The position numbers and the translations under genes are program-made. The notes beneath the pieces are model-generated. The model saw nothing but the letters and a program-made list of their open reading frames with translations. It did no database searches and was not told where the DNA came from. DNA of 64,000 nt from an uncultured virus (IMG/VR IMGVR_UViG_3300025727_000009) (lineage: Duplodnaviria > Heunggongvirae > Uroviricota > Caudoviricetes): positions 1 to 64,000 of IMG/VR virus record IMGVR_UViG_3300025727_000009. One strand, written 5' to 3'. Each line of letters opens with the position of its first letter. Position 1 is the stretch's first letter. Below are positions 8,962 to 18,846 of the stretch, one piece after another.

Positions 8962-11832
8962 TTAGGACGCAGGCCCTACCGGAGCGATAATATCAGGCCG
9001 GGGGTAGTGAATCATAGACGCCAAGAGGCAGTAAAGCATCGCGTGGATGGTGTCATCGGACGCCCCAGGGGACCGGGTAACCGTTGTCTTCCGTCCGTGC
9101 TCGGCCGTCTCTGCGAAGACTGCCAGCAGGTCAGACATGAACGGCGTCTCGATATCGTCCCACTGAGGAAGCCGAATCATGTCGTGCCTCGTCAGCGCAT
9201 TGACAAGCGCCATCAGGGCTTCCGTGCGATTCACCATGAAGCGCGCGAGGTGCTTGTCGAAGTAGATTTGCTTGGTCCCGACGTACTGGTACCGGGCCAA
9301 CCGCTTCAGACCGAACGTACGGATGAGTTCGCCGTTGTAGACGTGCCCACCGCCGTAGTCCGTCCCCAGGATACTCACCCCGAAAAGGTTCGCCAACCGG
9401 ATGATGTCCGCCATCATGACGTCGTCCTCGGCTGCTGCCCCCTCGTACCGCTTGAAGTAGATGAAGGTGAACTTGCCCCCGAGGTAGGCACCCACGGTCA
9501 GGACCGTGAAGCTCTTCTTCTCCTCCGCCTCGCTACCACCACCCCAGTCGATGCCGAAATAAATCTTCGCGTTGCTCTTGAACTTGAGTGCGTGCTCCAG
9601 CGTCATCGGGCTGCTGGTGCAGTTCGGGAGTAGCTTGCTCTTCGTAAGCAGCTTGTCCGCGTGGTCGTACGCCTGCCCGAGAACCTCGTTGATGAACTTG
9701 GCCCGGGTGTACAGGCGCCGGTTGTCGTTGATGTCGTGCCAGTCCACCCACGGCGTGATTATCTGCGGGATGCGATACCCCTCGAACGGACGCTTGATGG
9801 GCGGGTCCTTGAGCCACTTCGGCGACCGCATCGAAGCCCACTGTGCCCGGTCGTGGTTCGGGTAGATTTGCTTCCCGCACTTGTCGCAGATGAGGTGCTC
9901 CAGGCCGATGTGCTTCTCGCCTGGGATGTTCCAGTGGTTGCAGGCATCACACGGGATAACCCACTCGTTCATAGTCGAGTGGTTCTCCCAGTACCAAGCA
10001 ATCGTGTTGTCCAGCGACTTCGGCGTACCAGCGTATCGAAGGATGCGGTACGGGGAGTGAGAGAGGGACTGCTCGATGACCGGAATGATGTCCGGGATGA
10101 TGTCCTGCAGCTCGTCGATGCACTGGCCCACGATGACGGGCTTGCTGCCCAAAGAACCCTTCACGATGGGGCGGTGGCTGGGGACGGTGAAGCAGTACAC
10201 CTGCTCGTCCGTAACAACCTCGGCCATAACACGGCGCTTCCGCTGAAAATCCGCCCGCCAGAAGATGTAGTAATCCCGCTTGTGCGCGTGAACCTCGTAC
10301 ATCGGCACAGGGTCACGAACCTCTGCACCCAAGTCAGTGTCCTGGTGCACGGGAACGGACTGTCGTTCGTGCACCGCCGCTGGCCTGCCTAAGCGTAGCC
10401 ACGCCTCCTGCGCGTCTTCTGCCAACTGAACAGACCGAGTTCTCAGCACCCCCTCGTCCCACTCATCTTCGGCGTGATAGCACGCGTCCCCTAGGTACAG
10501 CCCGTAGAGCAATCCCTCCAGCGCTTCAGGCTGCGCAAAGAACTCGCGCGGAATGTACTTGTCGTACGAGCCCCCGAGCTGAGCGTAGTAATCCCCCAGC
10601 CGCCTAGACCGAATAACCATGCGCTTTACATGAGGCGCCCGCGGGTCTGAGTACAGTTTGAAATCGAGCCCAAGGCCACGCACCACCTCTAGCATTTCGT
10701 CTAGATAGCGGCCCTCTGCCTGCGTAATGACCGGGTAGGCATACTTCGGCTCGCCGTTATGTCGGCCCCACTGGATATGCCCTTCCGCCAAGTACCAGCC
10801 GGTCAGCTCAGCGAAACCATGAAGCTCCAGCTCCAACGGTTCCGCGTTTTCCCCATAGCCCCCCTCTACAGGCGGGATGACCATGTGGCTGGCCTCGCCA
10901 TCTGCCCAAGCCGCCCCACAGGTCAGCTTGAACCCCATGGTCTCCAGGCGGGCCAACTCGGCAGCCTCTACGAACTCGTACTTGTCCTCCACTCTCTGCG
11001 TAGCTTTGACCTTCCGGTTAGCCCACATCTGGTGATTGCCAGTAACCCTAAGCTCGAACGCCCGGTGCCCAAATTGCACCATCTCCCCTGTATGCCGCCG
11101 CCCGAAAATATTTGCCGGGTGCTGCCAAGAAACGACTCCGTCATCTCCGACATCCGCGACCAGATGGTCTGTGGTGAGTGCCTCGACCGCCACCCAACCA
11201 GACTTCGTGAGCACCCGAGTCCCCTCGGCAAAGCACAGCAGGTCGGCGAAGACACCGCGAACTCGGTCGGCATGGAGGTACGCGTACCGGAGGGTGATGT
11301 TTGCGTGAGTGATGAACTCCTTGAACATCACGTTGTCCGCGAAGGTCGGGTTACTACCCTTGAACAACTTCAGCCGCTTGCTCAGTTTGATGGGCGCGGC
11401 GATACGGTCCCGCGAGAACGTGGTCGTCTGCGTCTCAGTCGGAGACACATAGAGCGACTTGAAGTGGTTACGCATGCAGCTGTACGTAAGAATTTGGTTG
11501 CCCAGACTGGTGGTCTTCTCCGTCTGCCGCCCGCACATGAGGAGCGTCTTGCGCGCCTTGGTGTCGTAGACGGCGGGCAGATACGGGCGCTTATCAAACG
11601 AGAACTTCTCCAGCCCTATCTCGTCCGGGTCAACACCCACAAGCTGGCTCTCGTCCTTGACGACGTGGTCTACGTCGATGGGGTCGACGTCGTCTACGTC
11701 AGAGACGTGGACGGGCATACGCATGAAGTGGTGCGTGAACTCCGAGGGAAGGAGCCCGATAATCTCGGTGCGGGCGGCAGCAATTTCTTCCCGGAGCACT
11801 CTGTCGGCCGGGGTAGGGTGAACTTGAAACAT
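8962..11832 (-). CDS. terL: Terminase large subunit containing an intein (start uncertain, 11718-11970)
   Basis: GpA-like ATPase: CGRQTEKTT, Walker B reconstituted as ADLL|CIDE after splicing, GTPK motif, a CxxC pair, and a nuclease GIDWG...DD.IHA motif. Confidence 0.85.
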   Translation of the reverse strand: MFQVHPTPADRVLREEIAAARTEIIGLLPSEFTHHFMRMPVHVSDVDDVDPIDVDHVVKDESQLVGVDPDEIGLEKFSFDKRPYLPAVYDTKARKTLLMCGRQTEKTTSLGNQILTYSCMRNHFKSLYVSPTETQTTTFSRDRIAAPIKLSKRLKLFKGSNPTFADNVMFKEFITHANITLRYAYLHADRVRGVFADLLCFAEGTRVLTKSGWVAVEALTTDHLVADVGDDGVVSWQHPANIFGRRHTGEMVQFGHRAFELRVTGNHQMWANRKVKATQRVEDKYEFVEAAELARLETMGFKLTCGAAWADGEASHMVIPPVEGGYGENAEPLELELHGFAELTGWYLAEGHIQWGRHNGEPKYAYPVITQAEGRYLDEMLEVVRGLGLDFKLYSDPRAPHVKRMVIRSRRLGDYYAQLGGSYDKYIPREFFAQPEALEGLLYGLYLGDACYHAEDEWDEGVLRTRSVQLAEDAQEAWLRLGRPAAVHERQSVPVHQDTDLGAEVRDPVPMYEVHAHKRDYYIFWRADFQRKRRVMAEVVTDEQVYCFTVPSHRPIVKGSLGSKPVIVGQCIDELQDIIPDIIPVIEQSLSHSPYRILRYAGTPKSLDNTIAWYWENHSTMNEWVIPCDACNHWNIPGEKHIGLEHLICDKCGKQIYPNHDRAQWASMRSPKWLKDPPIKRPFEGYRIPQIITPWVDWHDINDNRRLYTRAKFINEVLGQAYDHADKLLTKSKLLPNCTSSPMTLEHALKFKSNAKIYFGIDWGGGSEAEEKKSFTVLTVGAYLGGKFTFIYFKRYEGAAAEDDVMMADIIRLANLFGVSILGTDYGGGHVYNGELIRTFGLKRLARYQYVGTKQIYFDKHLARFMVNRTEALMALVNALTRHDMIRLPQWDDIETPFMSDLLAVFAETAEHGRKTTVTRSPGASDDTIHAMLYCLLASMIHYPRPDIIAPVGPAS
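10123..11235 (-). mobile_element. Intein with LAGLIDADG homing endonuclease in terL (371 aa)
   Basis: Starts CFAEGTRV, has block B VTGNHQM, LAGLIDADG-like GWYLAEG and GLYLGD, and ends IVGQ before the +1 Cys. Confidence 0.85.
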
Positions 11833-12190
11833 GTCCTCGACAATACCAGATGACCTTGCCCACGTGGATCGCGCCCTCAGTGGGCTGGTCCACAAGATTG
11901 AGACTACCGAAGGTGGCTTCGTCCTACAGGTCGACCCCCTTTTATTAGTCGCTAATAATGCGGGCTTCAAGGCCGCGCTTCGCGAAGTCCTACCGAACTA
12001 CACGGTCTATGCGAAGAAGAACGGGGTAGTGCGCCTCATCAAGAGGAAGCAAAATACGCGGCGGAATCGCGCAGGCTCACGACTGAAGCTGGAGCAGGTT
12101 GGTGAGGCGTTTGAGACCCAGGCGGTAGAGGTGCAGGAGCAGGGGGACGACGGCGCCGCTGACGCTGTGGACTTTTTTGCGCCTGATTGA
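11831..12190 (+). CDS. Hypothetical protein (uncertain)
   Basis: 119 aa with natural-looking composition and an acidic tail, but it overlaps minus-strand ORFs. Confidence 0.35.
   Translation: MSSTIPDDLAHVDRALSGLVHKIETTEGGFVLQVDPLLLVANNAGFKAALREVLPNYTVYAKKNGVVRLIKRKQNTRRNRAGSRLKLEQVGEAFETQAVEVQEQGDDGAADAVDFFAPD
11943..11957. repeat. Dispersed palindrome TATTAGTCGCTAATA
   Basis: Perfect arms; lies upstream of terL. Confidence 0.9.
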
Positions 12191-12377
12191 CCGCGTCCTC
12201 GGTCCCCTCCATCTCGAAGAAGTCATCACACAAGAACGACTCGTGCACGAACCACTGAGGGAAGCCTGAGCAGGCCCCATCGCCTCGATGCGACCGGCCT
12301 GCTCTGAAGATGAACTGAGGGCAGTCCGCGCAACGGCGGGCTTCATTGGAGACGCGTAGGTTAGGCGGCCTGAGCAT
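12039..12377 (-). CDS. Small Cys-rich protein (uncertain)
   Basis: CADC...C...C cluster; start overlaps the end of 12361..14355. Confidence 0.35.
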   Translation of the reverse strand: MLRPPNLRVSNEARRCADCPQFIFRAGRSHRGDGACSGFPQWFVHESFLCDDFFEMEGTEDAVNQAQKSPQRQRRRRPPAPAPLPPGSQTPHQPAPASVVSLRDSAAYFASS

Positions 12378-14355
12378 AGGCGACCAGCATATCCTTCGTA
12401 GAGGGCTTCTTGAAGTTCAACTTCCCTCGACGCAGTGCACGCTCATACGACTTCGCCTTACGCATCTTCCCCGCGCTTTCTGCATACCGCTTCAGCGCCG
12501 CACCACCACCGCCAAGCGCAGCTATCGCTGCGGCAGGAGCCAAGGCCGCACCACCGGTCGCCAGACCCAGCGTGCCTGCCGCGCTGAGGGCCAGCAGCTT
12601 CTTCCCACGGCTCCGGTCCTTGACCGAGTCTTCCGTCAGGCTCCGGGCCTGTCCCTTGTACCGGCCGATGTGAAGGAGGCGGTCCCTCTTCTCGGAACGG
12701 TTCGCCATCCGCAGGACTTCCCGCGCCCTGGCAGACTCATTCATCCGCTTTACGACCTTGCTCACGACATGGGCGGCTTCCTTGGAAAGGTCGGAGCCCG
12801 TCTTGTTCATCGCGGCGCCAGCCAGCAGCCCAGCAACGCCAGCACCACCGCCAGCCATTGCGAGGTTCTTGTAGTTCCTCGCCTGACGACGAGCCTTCAG
12901 AATCTGCCGAGCAATGAGAGCACCGCCACCGAGAGCGCCAACGCCAGCCGCACCGAGGGCCGCGGGCGCACGCCAGTCACCGCCCATGTGGGTTTCCTTG
13001 CTCGTCGAGCGCGTACCGCTGGGCATCTTCTTCTTCCGCGGCACGGCGCTCACACGGCCGTGCACGTCAACCTGCATCTTCGCTCGCCGCCGACCCGCAG
13101 CACTGCTGTGGTGCCGCCGCACAACGCGAGCAGTGGGCCGCGTAGGAGTGGGCGCATCGTCCGTCCAGTTGCTACCACGACGCGCCGAGGGGCTGGCCGA
13201 GGTGCTGGCCCGGGAGCTGGTCCGAGTGGGTGCCGAGGCTGCCGCTTGAGCACGGGCTCTGTCGAGGGCCTGACGTCCCAACGCGGGCATGTTCATCGTC
13301 TGCTTGGTCGGGTCAGTCGGGATGCGAACGGCCTTCATGTTCATCGTGCGCTGGGTTGGGTCACCCCCACGCTTGGGGGCCGCCACCTGCTCCGGTGCCT
13401 TCTTCGGCGCTCTTGCGGGCGGCGGGACCCGCACCGCGCCACGACCAGCCTCTGCCTCCCGGGCTCCAGTCGACTTGAAGCGGGCGCTTCGCGCGGCCAT
13501 CTCGTTGCGCTCGTTCTTCAGCGCGCCAGCAGGCGTGTTGGCACGACCCTTCGGGAGCTTGTACGGGGTCTGCTGAGCACGCTGGACAGCCTCGTCGATA
13601 CCCTTCTTCCCTCGAACAGCCGGGAAGTCGTGCACCGTGTCCCGCTTGCTGTTGTGCGCGACCCGACTCGACTTCATCTCAGCACGGGTGGCCATGATGT
13701 CGTCAGCGGCCTTCCCACCCTTGGCCTTCTTGGCGGCCTTGGCACCGCGGCCTGTCATGCGGGACGCCCAGGAGAGGGCTTTGAAGGCCGCGTTGGCCTC
13801 CTTCTTCTTGCCCCGACGTCTCCTCGCGTATGCATATGCGCTCAAACCAGTAACTCCTGTCAGACCCGCCCCAGCGACGACGGCGCGGCGCTTCAGCTTC
13901 TTTGTGTGCTTCGCGTTGTATGCCTTGGCGGCCAGCAACTCTTTCTTCGCGGCCTGCATCTTCTTGCCGCGCTTCAGCGCTGCCCCGACGCCCATGAGCA
14001 CGGGAGCTGCGGCGAACGGGGCGAGGTGCGGCGCACCGGCGGCAAGCAATGCGCCATTCAGTGCACTTGTTCCGCCAACCCCCACGTTCGCGTGGCGAAC
14101 TGCTGAACGGCGGTATGCCTTGATTGCCTCTTCGCGTCGGGGGATGTTCTTGAACCCAGCCAGCTCCTTGAGCTGCGCCTTCAGGTACTTCTTGGCTCCG
14201 CCTGTCTTGGTCTTCATACGACGCTTCTTCTTCCGCAGCTTGGCCACACGGCGCTGCTTGAAGTGAGTTTGAGCCAACCCCTTGATACCTGCAGCCTTAA
14301 ACGCCCTGTAAAGGCTGTAGGCGCGGTAAACTCCTTGGCCATCACGGATGTTCAT
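12361..14355 (-). CDS. Large Lys/Arg-rich multi-module protein with Gly/Ala hydrophobic segments
   Basis: 664 aa, extremely basic, several Gly/Ala-rich membrane-like segments. Confidence 0.6.
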   Translation of the reverse strand: MNIRDGQGVYRAYSLYRAFKAAGIKGLAQTHFKQRRVAKLRKKKRRMKTKTGGAKKYLKAQLKELAGFKNIPRREEAIKAYRRSAVRHANVGVGGTSALNGALLAAGAPHLAPFAAAPVLMGVGAALKRGKKMQAAKKELLAAKAYNAKHTKKLKRRAVVAGAGLTGVTGLSAYAYARRRRGKKKEANAAFKALSWASRMTGRGAKAAKKAKGGKAADDIMATRAEMKSSRVAHNSKRDTVHDFPAVRGKKGIDEAVQRAQQTPYKLPKGRANTPAGALKNERNEMAARSARFKSTGAREAEAGRGAVRVPPPARAPKKAPEQVAAPKRGGDPTQRTMNMKAVRIPTDPTKQTMNMPALGRQALDRARAQAAASAPTRTSSRASTSASPSARRGSNWTDDAPTPTRPTARVVRRHHSSAAGRRRAKMQVDVHGRVSAVPRKKKMPSGTRSTSKETHMGGDWRAPAALGAAGVGALGGGALIARQILKARRQARNYKNLAMAGGGAGVAGLLAGAAMNKTGSDLSKEAAHVVSKVVKRMNESARAREVLRMANRSEKRDRLLHIGRYKGQARSLTEDSVKDRSRGKKLLALSAAGTLGLATGGAALAPAAAIAALGGGGAALKRYAESAGKMRKAKSYERALRRGKLNFKKPSTKDMLVAYAQAA

Positions 14356-14370
14356 GCGTCTGATTCTACC

Positions 14371-17300
14371 TCAAGCCGGCGGGGAAGGGATGGGCTGGAC
14401 AGAGGGGAAGTTCCCCGAGGCGGCCTCACCCGGTATCACAGACGGCTTCGGGGGACGCTTAGTCCCGCCCCCTACAGACTCCGGCTTCTTCCAGAACTGG
14501 TACCACTTCTTCTTCTTTCGCGGCTTGCTTAGGCCCATCGCGCGCTGGCTCGGCCCTTGGGGCAGTGCAGGCAACTTCTCGGCTCGCGGCGAAGGGGAGT
14601 ACTCAGGCGCGGACTTGTAGAACTCGTACCATGCCCGCTTCTTCGCCGGGGCGGCCTTGCCCCCCTTCGGGTAGACGTAGCGCATCTTGCCGTTCGCGGC
14701 ACGGTACTTCTTGATGTACTTGTGCGGCTCACGCATGACCCTCTTGAACGTCTTGGTCTTCCGCAGCTTGTTGTCCGCCACGCTGCTGACCCACTCGTCA
14801 GTGGTCTGCGGGGCCTGACGCCCAATCAGCTTGCCGAAGAACCCAGGCTTCTTGTTGTCCGGCACGACCGACTGGTAACGCCGCACGTCCACTACCCGGT
14901 TCTCGGGCTTACGGAAGTCCTGCCCACCGAGACGGCGAGCACGGGCCTCCGCCTGCGCAGTAACCTCCGGGTTGAAGTGAGCGTCGAGCGAGTAGAACGC
15001 CGTGCTGTTCTTGAGGTCGAGGCCCTCGGCACCAGCACCACTCAGAATGATGACCCGCTTCTTCCCCGCCTTGTAGTCCTTGACCCCCTGTTGCCGCACA
15101 GGACCCGTGACCTTCACGTTGCCGACGTCCCGGCCCTTGCCAACGAACAGAGCGTGGTCGATGCCCCGGGCCTTTAGCCCAGCCGACATCACGTCTACTC
15201 CGCCCTTTACCAAGTTCGAGTACAGAACAACCTTGTGCGTGGAGTCCGCCTGGAGGTGGCTCTCCGCATCCTCGATGAGCTTCTTGACCTTCGGCGTAAT
15301 CTCCGCCGACTTCTTGGGGCTGACGTTGGACTTAGCCGTGTGAACCGAGTTGGCAATCTGCCGCGCCTGGATGAGCTTGCCGAAGAGCTGCTGCGCCTCG
15401 CGGACGGTGACCTCCTTGTCCCGCGTCATCAGGTACTTCTTGAGCGGGCCGAGCTTGTCGAGCGCCAGCTCGTACAGATCATACTGGTCCTCACTCATGG
15501 GTACCTGGACCGTCTGGAGTTCCTGCCTGGGCATGGTCTTGCCCTTCAGGTCTTCCGACGTAATCAGGTCCATCCGCGGATAGGTGAGCCGCAGCATCTC
15601 CGGGATGTTGTCGAGGTCGGTGACTTTCTTCGTGCCGCCCTGGAAACCCTTCGAGTGGCCGATGGTCTTCGTGAAGGCCGCCTTGAACTGGGCAGGGCTG
15701 ACGAGGCGCTTCCCCTCCGTGATAGTCAGCAGGGTCGCCAGCTCTTGCGGGTTGTTGTTGATGGGCGACGCAGTCAGCCCCATCACGTTGACCGCGAACG
15801 CCCGAGCCTTCATGAGCGCCTGGAAGGTCAGTGCCTTCTCATTCCGCGCCTTGTGGAACTCATCCAGGATGAGTGTGTCCGACCCCGTCGCCTGCATGTA
15901 CCTCTCAGGGTCCCGGCGGAAGGTCGCGTAACTGACTATGGTGTAGTCCTTGGTGGCGTCCACCTCGTTCGGACGGACGACGAGCGAGCTGTACTTCTTC
16001 TCCGACGCAGAGCCAACAATCTGCACGGACGACGTCGTGAAGTTCTGGATGCCGTTCTCGGCGAAGTTCATGCGAAGACCCGAAGGAACGACGACCAGGG
16101 CCTTCTTTGCCTTCTTGTCGTGGCGGAGCTTCTCGAACCCGTAGATGGCACTGGCAGTTTTTCCTGTCCCGGTCCCATGCGCCAAAATCATCTTGCCGTG
16201 GTTGTCGTACATCTTCCGTACGGCCGAGGCTTGATGGGGGTACGGCTTGAACCACGACTTCATCGCAGGGATGCCGGTGCCGTGCTGTGTGCCCAGGTTC
16301 TCGGCCGCAGCCGCGGCTACCTTCGCCATACCCTTTACGGCCACCCTTCGTCGATGTGCCTTCACACGAGTGCCGTCTTTTCTGCGGTACCCCTGAACCC
16401 ATCCACCGGACCGGCCTGCAACCCCTGTCAGCTTTCGCTTGAGCTGCCCCACCATCCTAGGGGTCAGCACGTAGTGGTACTTGTTGGGCGCCACGCCCTT
16501 CGCAGTGCCCACCATGTTGGCTGTGTTGTCCTTGGGGTGCCGTACAGCGCCTGCAACATTGCTGCCCAAGGCAATGGTCGTAGTGCCCTTCGGCGCGAAC
16601 CGAAGCCGGTCAACCCCCCGGCTGTACCCCACCCACACGTCGGCCTTTTTGGGGGAGGTGTACGGTAGCCCCGGGTCCGTTGTCACCTCGAAGCCTTCCC
16701 CCTCCAACAGCCCGACGACCTTCTTGTAGAACGTCGCCGTGCGCGCCTCATGCCCAGTGCGCCAGCGAGGGTTCCCCTGGATAAACACCGCGGTACGCTT
16801 TGGGCCAAGCTTTTCGGCCGCAGCGGAGGCGACTTTGCTGAGGACGCCAGCCGCGGCGCGCTTCTGCTTGCCCTTATCGAGCGCCTTGAGCGCGCGGTCA
16901 GTCACAGCAGCCAAGCCCAGGCCGCCCAAGGCCCCTCCGACAACGCCGCCCGCGCCACGGGGCAGCGCTGCCTTGAACAGCTTCCGGTTGACCCCCTTGG
17001 GGGCGTGCCGTAGCACTTGCTCCGCGTAGCGAGATGCCCCACCGAGGGCGGCACCAACTGTGGCGGGCACGAGGTACTTGTCCCTGCTCCGCTTCTTCTT
17101 TCTTCCAGCGGCGACGCCCAGGGCAAGGGCTATTGCTTTCGGAGACTTGACCAGTGCCCTCGACGCACCGAAGCCTAGCCCCTCCTTCGCCGCAGCCTTA
17201 CGAGAAAGGCCGTGCAGTCTTGCCTCTCGAAAACCTTCCACACCCCCTGTCGCGATTCCGGTGAACGTGCTCGCCGCCAGAATGTCTCGGAGCCCCTTGT

Positions 17301-17574
17301 TCCTCCGATGCTTCTCCTTCGACGACGCCCGGTGCACCCCCCGTACGAAGAGCGGGGCGGACGCAATGGCCGCCGTCCCACCAAGAGCCCGGCCTATGCC
17401 GCGGCCCTTGAAGCCGTGCGTGAGTAGCTTGCTGAACTTCTTCGAGCGGTCTCTGAGCTTGCCCTCGACTGCAGACTCAACTGCGGCCTTGGGGATGTCC
17501 GCCAGCGTCTTGACCGCGAACATGGGGGCCACCGCCAGCAACTGCTTGCTGTAGCTGTCGTTGCTGGTGGGCAT
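14371..17574 (-). CDS. SNF2-like SF2 helicase fused to N-terminal membrane-like and GxSxG modules
   Basis: HGTGTGKT, DEFH, LTASP.NN, EGLDL and QAEARARR motifs; the first ~240 aa are Gly-zipper hydrophobic. Confidence 0.8.
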   Translation of the reverse strand: MPTSNDSYSKQLLAVAPMFAVKTLADIPKAAVESAVEGKLRDRSKKFSKLLTHGFKGRGIGRALGGTAAIASAPLFVRGVHRASSKEKHRRNKGLRDILAASTFTGIATGGVEGFREARLHGLSRKAAAKEGLGFGASRALVKSPKAIALALGVAAGRKKKRSRDKYLVPATVGAALGGASRYAEQVLRHAPKGVNRKLFKAALPRGAGGVVGGALGGLGLAAVTDRALKALDKGKQKRAAAGVLSKVASAAAEKLGPKRTAVFIQGNPRWRTGHEARTATFYKKVVGLLEGEGFEVTTDPGLPYTSPKKADVWVGYSRGVDRLRFAPKGTTTIALGSNVAGAVRHPKDNTANMVGTAKGVAPNKYHYVLTPRMVGQLKRKLTGVAGRSGGWVQGYRRKDGTRVKAHRRRVAVKGMAKVAAAAAENLGTQHGTGIPAMKSWFKPYPHQASAVRKMYDNHGKMILAHGTGTGKTASAIYGFEKLRHDKKAKKALVVVPSGLRMNFAENGIQNFTTSSVQIVGSASEKKYSSLVVRPNEVDATKDYTIVSYATFRRDPERYMQATGSDTLILDEFHKARNEKALTFQALMKARAFAVNVMGLTASPINNNPQELATLLTITEGKRLVSPAQFKAAFTKTIGHSKGFQGGTKKVTDLDNIPEMLRLTYPRMDLITSEDLKGKTMPRQELQTVQVPMSEDQYDLYELALDKLGPLKKYLMTRDKEVTVREAQQLFGKLIQARQIANSVHTAKSNVSPKKSAEITPKVKKLIEDAESHLQADSTHKVVLYSNLVKGGVDVMSAGLKARGIDHALFVGKGRDVGNVKVTGPVRQQGVKDYKAGKKRVIILSGAGAEGLDLKNSTAFYSLDAHFNPEVTAQAEARARRLGGQDFRKPENRVVDVRRYQSVVPDNKKPGFFGKLIGRQAPQTTDEWVSSVADNKLRKTKTFKRVMREPHKYIKKYRAANGKMRYVYPKGGKAAPAKKRAWYEFYKSAPEYSPSPRAEKLPALPQGPSQRAMGLSKPRKKKKWYQFWKKPESVGGGTKRPPKPSVIPGEAASGNFPSVQPIPSPPA

Positions 17575-17587
17575 CGAGCGGGGGCTC

Positions 17588-17977
17588 CTAGAGCTTAGCG
17601 GCTAGCTTGCTCAGGATACGCTCTACGGCGGGGGGAGTGGGAGGGAGTGCAGGCTCGAACGCCATGTAGATACTCTCACGGGCGAGCGTGTCGGTCGGGG
17701 ACTTGCACACCCCACTGGCGAGGTCGACCACCGGGCGGGGCAGGTTCCTGGCGAACTCAGCGACAACAGCGGCGGCGCCAACGGGGAGATTGACTCCGTC
17801 GTCGGTAGGCCAGAAGTGAAACTCCAGGCGCGTCTTGCCGACACAGTACTCGGCGTCCAGGCCGTTGAGCTTGGTCTCAGCCTGCACGAACTGCGGCACA
17901 GCCTCGAACGTGGCCTGCTGGAACACTGCGACGCCCTGCACGAACGCCTCTGCCATCTCTTTATGCTCTTCGCTCAT
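17588..17977 (-). CDS. Hypothetical protein
   Basis: 129 aa, start coupled to the upstream stop, GAGGAG RBS. Confidence 0.55.
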   Translation of the reverse strand: MSEEHKEMAEAFVQGVAVFQQATFEAVPQFVQAETKLNGLDAEYCVGKTRLEFHFWPTDDGVNLPVGAAAVVAEFARNLPRPVVDLASGVCKSPTDTLARESIYMAFEPALPPTPPAVERILSKLAAKL

Positions 17978-18840
17978 CAGGTGTCTCCTCGCAACTCTTC
18001 GATGGAAGATACCTTAACTTCCTGCGTCCGAATACGGATACTTCGCAGCTCCTCCAGTAGCTGCTGAGTCTGGTTCCCCGTGCCCGCCAGACGGTCGTCT
18101 GAACTCATCAGGATTTCCGTCCAGAGCTTGGCCGTCTGCGCGGTGTGCAGGCAGTTGCTCATCAAGCTGGTCTCGGTGAACCTCATGGCTGCCTCATGGA
18201 ACATCGAGCCAAGGACTTGGTCCCGTCCCAGCTCAACGCGGTGGCCCAGCTGCCAGAGTGCGTACTCGGGGCTCCGCATACGCATCGTGTCGAGCAGCTT
18301 CTTCGACTGCAGCGACATGATGGGGACGGTCATGTCCTTCGCCCGGACACCGTTGGCGGCCTGATCCTTACGCTCCTGGTGGAACTCCCCCTTGAAGTAC
18401 GCCACCCACTGCCGCTGGGTCAGAGAGTTGGCGTCCCAGAAGTAGTGCTCGTAAGCCGCGATGGCCGCAGCGTCGATGGCGACACCCAACACGTCACGGG
18501 CATATTCCGACACCACGTTGTGCGGAGTATTAGCGACTAATAGAAACTCCACGACACGGCGCAGCTGAAGCTGGCTCAGAATGCCGCGCGCTGCGGTGAC
18601 GTGCTCCGTCTCGACGTGCATCGACCACAAGCCCGCATCGCGAATCCAGCGGATGGCCTCAGTCGACTCGGGCTTGAAGGGCTTTGGGCGTCCGCGAGCA
18701 AGCTCCAAGCGGACGAAGGTGAGGGTCTCGTTGGTCGGTGGAATGAAACCGTACGAGTCAGCGACGAGAATCGCTTCCTGAATGGTCATGCCCTGGAACT
18801 GTACAAGGCATTTCAGCCACCGCTCGTATGGAACCCGCAT
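17977..18840 (-). CDS. Hypothetical helical protein
   Basis: 287 aa, operon-like spacing. Confidence 0.6.
   Translation of the reverse strand: MRVPYERWLKCLVQFQGMTIQEAILVADSYGFIPPTNETLTFVRLELARGRPKPFKPESTEAIRWIRDAGLWSMHVETEHVTAARGILSQLQLRRVVEFLLVANTPHNVVSEYARDVLGVAIDAAAIAAYEHYFWDANSLTQRQWVAYFKGEFHQERKDQAANGVRAKDMTVPIMSLQSKKLLDTMRMRSPEYALWQLGHRVELGRDQVLGSMFHEAAMRFTETSLMSNCLHTAQTAKLWTEILMSSDDRLAGTGNQTQQLLEELRSIRIRTQEVKVSSIEELRGDT
18528..18542. repeat. Dispersed palindrome TATTAGCGACTAATA
   Basis: Inside a CDS, read as LLVANT. Confidence 0.9.
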
Positions 18841-18846
18841 TCAGAC

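Noticed and set aside
12346..14106. 586-aa plus-strand ORF
   Set aside because: Shadow of 12361..14355, with Arg/Ser/Gly-rich composition and no recognisable domain.
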